NCBI RefSeq assembly: GCF_003918875.1 | Contig: NW_025764948.1 | Location: 558,001 to 622,000 of the forward strand | From: Haliotis rubra | Taxonomy: Eukaryota | Direction of reading: 5' to 3' | DNA length: 64,000 bases | Shown: one piece after another, positions 58,198 through 64,000 of the stretch | Layout: the number at the start of each line of letters is the position of its first letter | Numbering within the stretch: position 1 is the stretch's first letter | The notes under the pieces: model-generated | Told to the model about the DNA's origin: nothing | Seen by the model: the letters and a program-made list of their open reading frames with translations, nothing else | Database searches by the model: none | Program-made: the position numbers and the translations under genes

Positions 58198-59560
58198 GAC
58201 CAGCTTTGAAGAGACAGCCCTGGCTACATCCCCTTTCCAACCACTCTGCTGGTACAGAAAGGTGGATGACACCTTCACCATCCTAGATCCCGACCACGAC
58301 CCTGCCATCCTCCTTGACCATCTCAACAAGCAGCACCTGCGCATTCAGTTCACGATGGAGATAGAAGACCAACAGAAACTGCCGTTCCTAGATGTGGCCT
58401 TGCAGAACTCCTCAGACAACATCACCTTTTCCGTCTACAGAAACCCACCCACACTGACCAGTATATACATTACCTCTCCAACCATCACCCCCAGATCAAA
58501 CGCGCCATTGTATCAACCCTAAATCCATCTGCAACCCTGACCATCTCCAAGCAGAAATAGACCATCTAAATACCACATTTATCAACCTCAACCCCTATCC
58601 CAAACGTCTTGTGGACAGAACCATAGCATTGACCCTCCAACAGCAAGAAGAACACCAACCCAAGCCTGAGCCATCCCCGATTAGAGTAAACATCCCCTAC
58701 CAAGGTCAGATCAGCCACCATATCAGCTGACAGCTCAAGAAAACTGCTGGTATAGATGTGACCTTCAGCTCGGACAAAACACTAAAAACCATTCTGAAGG
58801 CCAATGGTAGAGGTACCTCAACCAACACCAGTCACAAGCCCAGGGGTTGCATTTACAAGCTAATGTGTGATTGTGGCAGCAGCTATGTTGGAGAGGCATC
58901 CCGCTCCATTGACATCAGGCTCAAAGAGCACAAAACCTCAGTAGAGAAATCAGATCTAAAGTCAGCCCTTTCTGAACACATTGTGAACAATCCATCACAC
59001 TCCATTGACTGGCAAGCTACAACCATCATAGCATCCAACATCCATGATTGGCGAAGACGCAAGATTTCGGAGTCTATCAGCATCAAAAGATTAGCACCAC
59101 AGATGAACAGGGATCAAGGGGTTTACCTACCCAATGCCTGGGAAATCAATTAGGTTCATGGCTTCACCCATCACCTCTTAATCCACTGTAACAGTCTCAA
59201 CGCTGCCTTTTGTATACTATCAGCCACCCTTTTGTACACCAATTAGACTGATTGGCTTCTGTCACTTACCAACTTAATCCTCTGTAACAACACCATATCT
59301 GCTTTTGTATATTTTATTATCTTTCATCTTAAAATCCCCTATTTATTGTATATACATGCTTAAAATCACTCTGGCTTCATGTACATTACTAGTATATATA
59401 TCCTGTATATCTGTTAGTTAGCATTCACCTGACGAAGGGGCAAGGAATAGCCCAGAAACGTGTATACAATAAAGAAGAAGTTGACATCCATAATATTTCG
59501 TCTTATACTTGATTACCAACTTCTATATGCCTCTCAAGAACCTATACTGTTTTAATTTTA
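58198..59560 (+). mobile_element. Penelope-like retroelement, 5'-truncated (RT C-terminus + GIY-YIG endonuclease + 3' pLTR-like region)
   Basis: FEETALATSPFQPLCWYRKVDDTF (YVDD>KVDD), HLNKQHLRIQFTMEIE..LPFLDV, VYR(K)PTHTDQY (frameshifted), GCIYKLMCDCGSSYVGEASRSIDIRLKEH..SALSEH..RKISESISI..MNRDQG (GIY-YIG), stop at 59153. Confidence 0.9.
59424..59470 (+). ncRNA. Hammerhead-ribozyme-like motif in the Penelope 3' region (possibly degenerate)
   Basis: CTGACGA-ag-GGGC-aaggaata-GCCC-a-GAAAC-gt-GTA: conserved CUGANGA and GAAA core boxes around a 4-bp stem II, followed by AATAAA. Stem I pairing is poor. Confidence 0.5.
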
Positions 59561-60478
59561 ATTTTTGTATTTTAAATTTATTCTCTTTTTGTTTACAATT
59601 ATGCTTGCAAACTCGGGTTCATTTGACAAAATGCAACCTTGATACTTAGCCAGGCCACTCAATTGAAACAGCTCAATAACATACTTTTTGATAAACAGCA
59701 ATAAATATATGCTAAATATGAAATCAGTAATCCAAGGTATAATCCATGTCAAATAATATATCAAGGCTATGTTTTTCCAATTTTGGGTACCTAAACAGGA
59801 TGAGATATTTCCTGCTTTTTGTGTCATTACCTTGCATTCTTATGCAATGCTAAGAGTTGCAGAAAGCCTTCTTTTTACTGATTATAGTGACAGAAATGTA
59901 ATTATTGAATCAAGATTTTTATGCAAACTTACTACCATTTCATTTGCTTTTACTTGTCTCAGTAAAAATCTACTGCTCTCTGGCCTATGAAATAGCCAAG
60001 ATGTCAGATCCTGTGACATGGATCGTCCCCTACACAATCCGTCACTGCTTGGTTGTACTTTACCACGGAAAAACTACTTTCAGGAAATGTTGGATTGTGA
60101 AGTAGACTCTGAGTTGAAACTGACCAAATCTGGGGGATGGGGATTGTTTCAAGCCACAGTGAAAACATAATGACAGTATGAGAGATACGCCTTATGGAGA
60201 TTACATCATTATGTTGCCACAGTCACATCACACATTACAATTTTATTTCTGAATGTTGGTGAGGTGCACAGAAAACTCAGCTGATGGAGGTACATTTTTT
60301 CTTGACTGGTGTTGTTTGAAAACATCGCTTATTTTGGGAATTAACCCTTTCCTTTAGGCTGCTCTAAAGAAACTTCAACCTCTCTGGCCTCTTGTACAAC
60401 ATGGTGGAGGGTATGAAATGTATTCTATATGTTCTGACATTACATTGCAGATACGTGGAGTGAACATAGCCTGCCAAC

Positions 60479-63464
60479 ATGGTTCTCACTGATCTCCCAT
60501 TTGAGCGCAGCCCTGTCATCTACAGTCGCTACACCCTCCTCCGGCGTCCAGACAGTGCCCCGCCTGGCAACGCAGATGAGGGGGACACAACCACTGAAAA
60601 CAAGAGATATGCTGCATTTCTCAAGTATGAACCTCACATTTCTTTTTCCAAGTAAAATGACATCATTTTATATATATTGTAATCAAATGTGAAATGAATT
60701 CATATTGGCAATGAACTAAATTTAGAAATGCTGTGTGTACATTCAGGTCTGTTTGTATGTCAGACAGGCAAGTGTAGTCAAGATGGTCAACATGCAGTGC
60801 AAGGGAGATAACCCTTTAATTACCTAGACATGACTGCTTTAGAAGAATCAGTTTCAGGGGTGGAAATAACCCATTCAGGGCAAGTGACTTTACATGTGCC
60901 ACTGTACCGGAGTACACTAGCAATTTTAAACTTATTTCCACCCCTGAGTTTATCAGTTTAATCCAAGTATTGTGATACGATTCCTTATGCTCATATCGTT
61001 ATTGTCATGATGTGTGATATATGCATCTGTTTTTTCAGTTCAATCCCTGGATATTTTGGGTACACCAACAATTCCACAACAATTCCAACACAAGTATAGG
61101 CCTAAAATAATCTGTTGTGGTTCACTGTTCATTTCAGAGGGATATTTTCAGAAGTCTCAAGGAACAAATGTAGTTTTAATGGATAACAACAAAATTTATC
61201 AAAACTGACAAGATCAAGTCAGTGACCTGCAGGAACCACAACATGTTATCACCCTTTACTTGTACTGTGTTAGCTCCGTTGTTCAGGCATGTTTGTGTAT
61301 AGTTGTCCACTTGGCCAGTCAGGTAGTTGTCACATGGACATAGCCAGGGTAGAACCTGTAAACACTGATAAAACTTCAGAGAGTGCTGGAGGCCTTCAGG
61401 TTTGTGTTTATTACCAGGATTACAAGGGTACACATGTTTTTCTCCATTGTGCGACAAGGTGTTCACAGGGGTGTTTATGTGTTTTATTTGGATTGTAAGT
61501 GAGGAAACAAGAACATAACAAGGTAGTAAGTAGTTATAAACTTGAAGTTGGCCCCTATTCCATGTCAGTGAAATAGAACTTCTTGAATCCCCAGGTATAT
61601 TTTAGGAATTATGCTGTGCATTAAGCTGGTTTATAGATTTTAGATGTTTGCACAGATTACTTTTGAGTGACATTGGCTCTGAACAATATATGTCATCATG
61701 AGGAATGTTTTGAAAAGAAGTTATGTGATAAGATCAAGCGTGAGATGTTTTTTACTTTACAATATTTCCTGACATTGACATAATACCAAGAATTTGGAAC
61801 TTTGGCTGTAGTATTTTATTGTAGTTCATCATCTGTCTTATTGTTTAACATCAGGTTTATGACACAGCTCCTGGACCTTCATACTTGGATTCCAACTCTG
61901 TTGAGTTATGTCCAATGTCCTAAACTCCTTTCAGTCTGTGTAGCATGAGTGAGAGGAGGACATGAGGGCTTCAGTTGTCAGGGTCTTCCAGACCAGCAGA
62001 CATGTTCATACTTTAATCCTGCAGATTCTGACGTTGTGTCTAGAAAGGAATGTTGGTGCTTGTTAGTAAATCACACAAAGTAACTGCACATACGTAGCTA
62101 TAGAATCAACACATCACACCAACAGGTTTAGTTCAAGTCAATGTAAATGCCCCTTGCTGTGGGCATTCCATTGTTTCTTTGAGTTGTGCTTGCATTAGAC
62201 CATCCATTTTCAACCATCCAATTTTGATAAGATGTTACAATATATTGTATGTGTTGGTGAATAAAGTTTCTTTTGGAACTTTTGAAATTATGCATAACAT
62301 GTAAACTTGAAAGTTCCTTGAGTTCCCGTGAAATTCTGAATGCATGTCAAGTTAACCATAGTGAAAGACACATACAGACTATAGTAGGGATGCCACAATA
62401 CATCGATGCATCGATACATTTTCTAAGACCATACAATTATCGATACATTCAAAGCTGTATTGATATTTAGTTTTGAAAGTATCGGTTTAAATATGTTGGT
62501 GTATCATTTACATTTTGCAATTGTATCATGTTTTTTTTTATGTTATGCGAGTCATAAATGATTATTTTTCATGCACAAAGATGGGAAATTAGAACTTTTT
62601 GATCTCTGAGAATAAAAAATGTTGATGTTTTCATGGACAATTATAAAATATGAAGTATTAATGTTCAAAATGAAACTAAATTTATGCCATAATGCTGCGA
62701 AAATAGGTATCGTGATACGTATCGAATCATGAAACTTATGTATCGTGACATCCCTAGACTATAGCACTGTTAACCATGTTTTTCCCTTTGGTAATTCCCG
62801 GATGAGGGCACTTTCCCAGCAGGCTGTAGTTGTCGTGGGGAACAAGTGAAGGCATTGGGTGGTCAGACTTGGTTATTAGAGTGAGGAATATCACATCTTG
62901 TAAAAATATCTCAAGGTACTGGATGTGAAGTTGAAAATGCTACAATCCGTCATTGTCATTTTGAATCTTGTAATGCTGTATTTATGGAATACTGACTGTA
63001 CATTACCAGGAAAGGTGGGTTCAACATGTGGAAACCATGACATCAATGCGTTTAAACCTGGACATGAATACAATCAAGCATTGTGAGGAAAATGTTATAG
63101 CTCTGCCCTCAGGAAGATCAGAAAATCACAGCCTGATAATTGTAGTCTATGATATATATCAAAAAAAGATATGATGAATAAAACATTCTAAACGTGCCAA
63201 AGCCCTCCCTCCAGAACATGTAACGTATGCTGTGAAATGGTTTACCCATCACATTATTGTACTTTGTTGTGCAGAGAGCAGGAGAGGAAAGTAGGTCCAG
63301 ATGGCTTCGTGGACTCCTCCCGGTATGGTCACCCTTACGTTTTGCGGAATGACCCCTTGCGGAAACGCGCCCAGTCCAACTCCGACCGGCCGAGTGTGGT
63401 CAACCTCACATCCAGGGTCGAGCGAGACAAGAAGGACTATGATAAAAGAATCAGGGTGATCGAG
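60479..63464 (+). CDS. Uncharacterised protein, first two coding exons (gene continues beyond the right edge)
   Basis: Exon 60451-60624 (acceptor ttgcag, ATG 60479 in gccaacATGG, phase-2 donor gtatga) and exon 63275-63464 (gtgcag / GAG|gtgagt) join in frame: MVLTDLPFERSPVIYSRYTLLRRPDSAPPGNADEGDTTTENKRYAAFLKEQERKVGPDGFVDSSRYGHPYVLRNDPLRKRAQSNSDRPSVVNLTSRVERDKKDYDKRIRVIE. Both exons are GC-elevated islands. Confidence 0.75.
62385..62756. mobile_element. hAT-like MITE
   Basis: TIR tagggatg.cac.atac / gtatcgtgacatcccta with exact 8-bp TSD gactatag. Partial related ends at ~28110-28158 and ~63510-63850. Confidence 0.85.
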
Positions 63465-64000
63465 GTGAGTCCAACTTGACTTTAGTTAACTCCCAGTAAG
63501 AGCTTTGGGTGTGATATACGTATCTCAATGATACAGATGCAATACAATTTGTATCCTGATGCAGTACTTTAATTTTCATAAGTTTGTATTCTATCCCTTT
63601 TGCAGGTGAATGACAATCCTGAATTGTTTCTTTTCAAATGTCAGATAGCAAAGAGGGGGAGAGGAGAAACATATAATCTTGGGGGCACTGTGCAGCTTCT
63701 GCTATTAAAGCCAACCAGGAAATCATATCAGTATAACTTGTATTGTAATGAATCATATGTATTGCAATACTGGAGTAATGAGTCAATGTATATTATTGTG
63801 AGAATTGATCTTGATACAATACTATATTGCCATATCGTTACACATCCAGTCCCAAATGATGAAGTGTTGACATGTTGTGGATAGAGTTTGGGTTGAAGCT
63901 TGCTTAATGATGTGTGATAATGCTGTATTAAGTCTTCTACCTGTGTTTTGGTCGTAACTGTCCCCATGTCATGTCCTCCTTACCTGTCATTTGGTCGTTA

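Overview
AT-rich, intron-containing animal genomic DNA, most likely a marine mollusc. An abalone-like gastropod is inferred from the tRNA-derived and Nin-type SINE families, Helentron-like repeats and ependymin genes. Five spliced genes could be reconstructed by hand: (1) the 5' six coding exons of Miro/RHOT (mitochondrial Rho GTPase, - strand, runs off the left edge); (2) a complete 8-exon, 348-aa uncharacterised WD40 protein (+); (3) a 5-exon ependymin-related gene (+) with a 1-nt frameshift, plus an inverted, truncated ependymin paralogue remnant about 15 kb away; (4) CFAP299/C4orf22 (-), which as written carries two 1-nt indels and a GT>GG donor; (5) the first two coding exons of an unknown gene (+) head-to-head with CFAP299 across an RFX X-box promoter. 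The rest is a dense, nested set of decayed transposons: three Tc1/mariner, an L2/CR1 LINE split by a Harbinger-like insert and carrying a 6x80-bp tandem array inside its RT, a Penelope-like element with a hammerhead-like motif, MULE and Crypton fragments, hAT/Kolobok/Harbinger MITEs and SINEs. I found no prokaryote-style system such as CRISPR or a defence operon. The most interesting signals are a putative RFX-driven cilia gene neighbourhood containing two uncharacterised genes, ependymin birth and death, the RT-internal satellite and the ribozyme-like motif.
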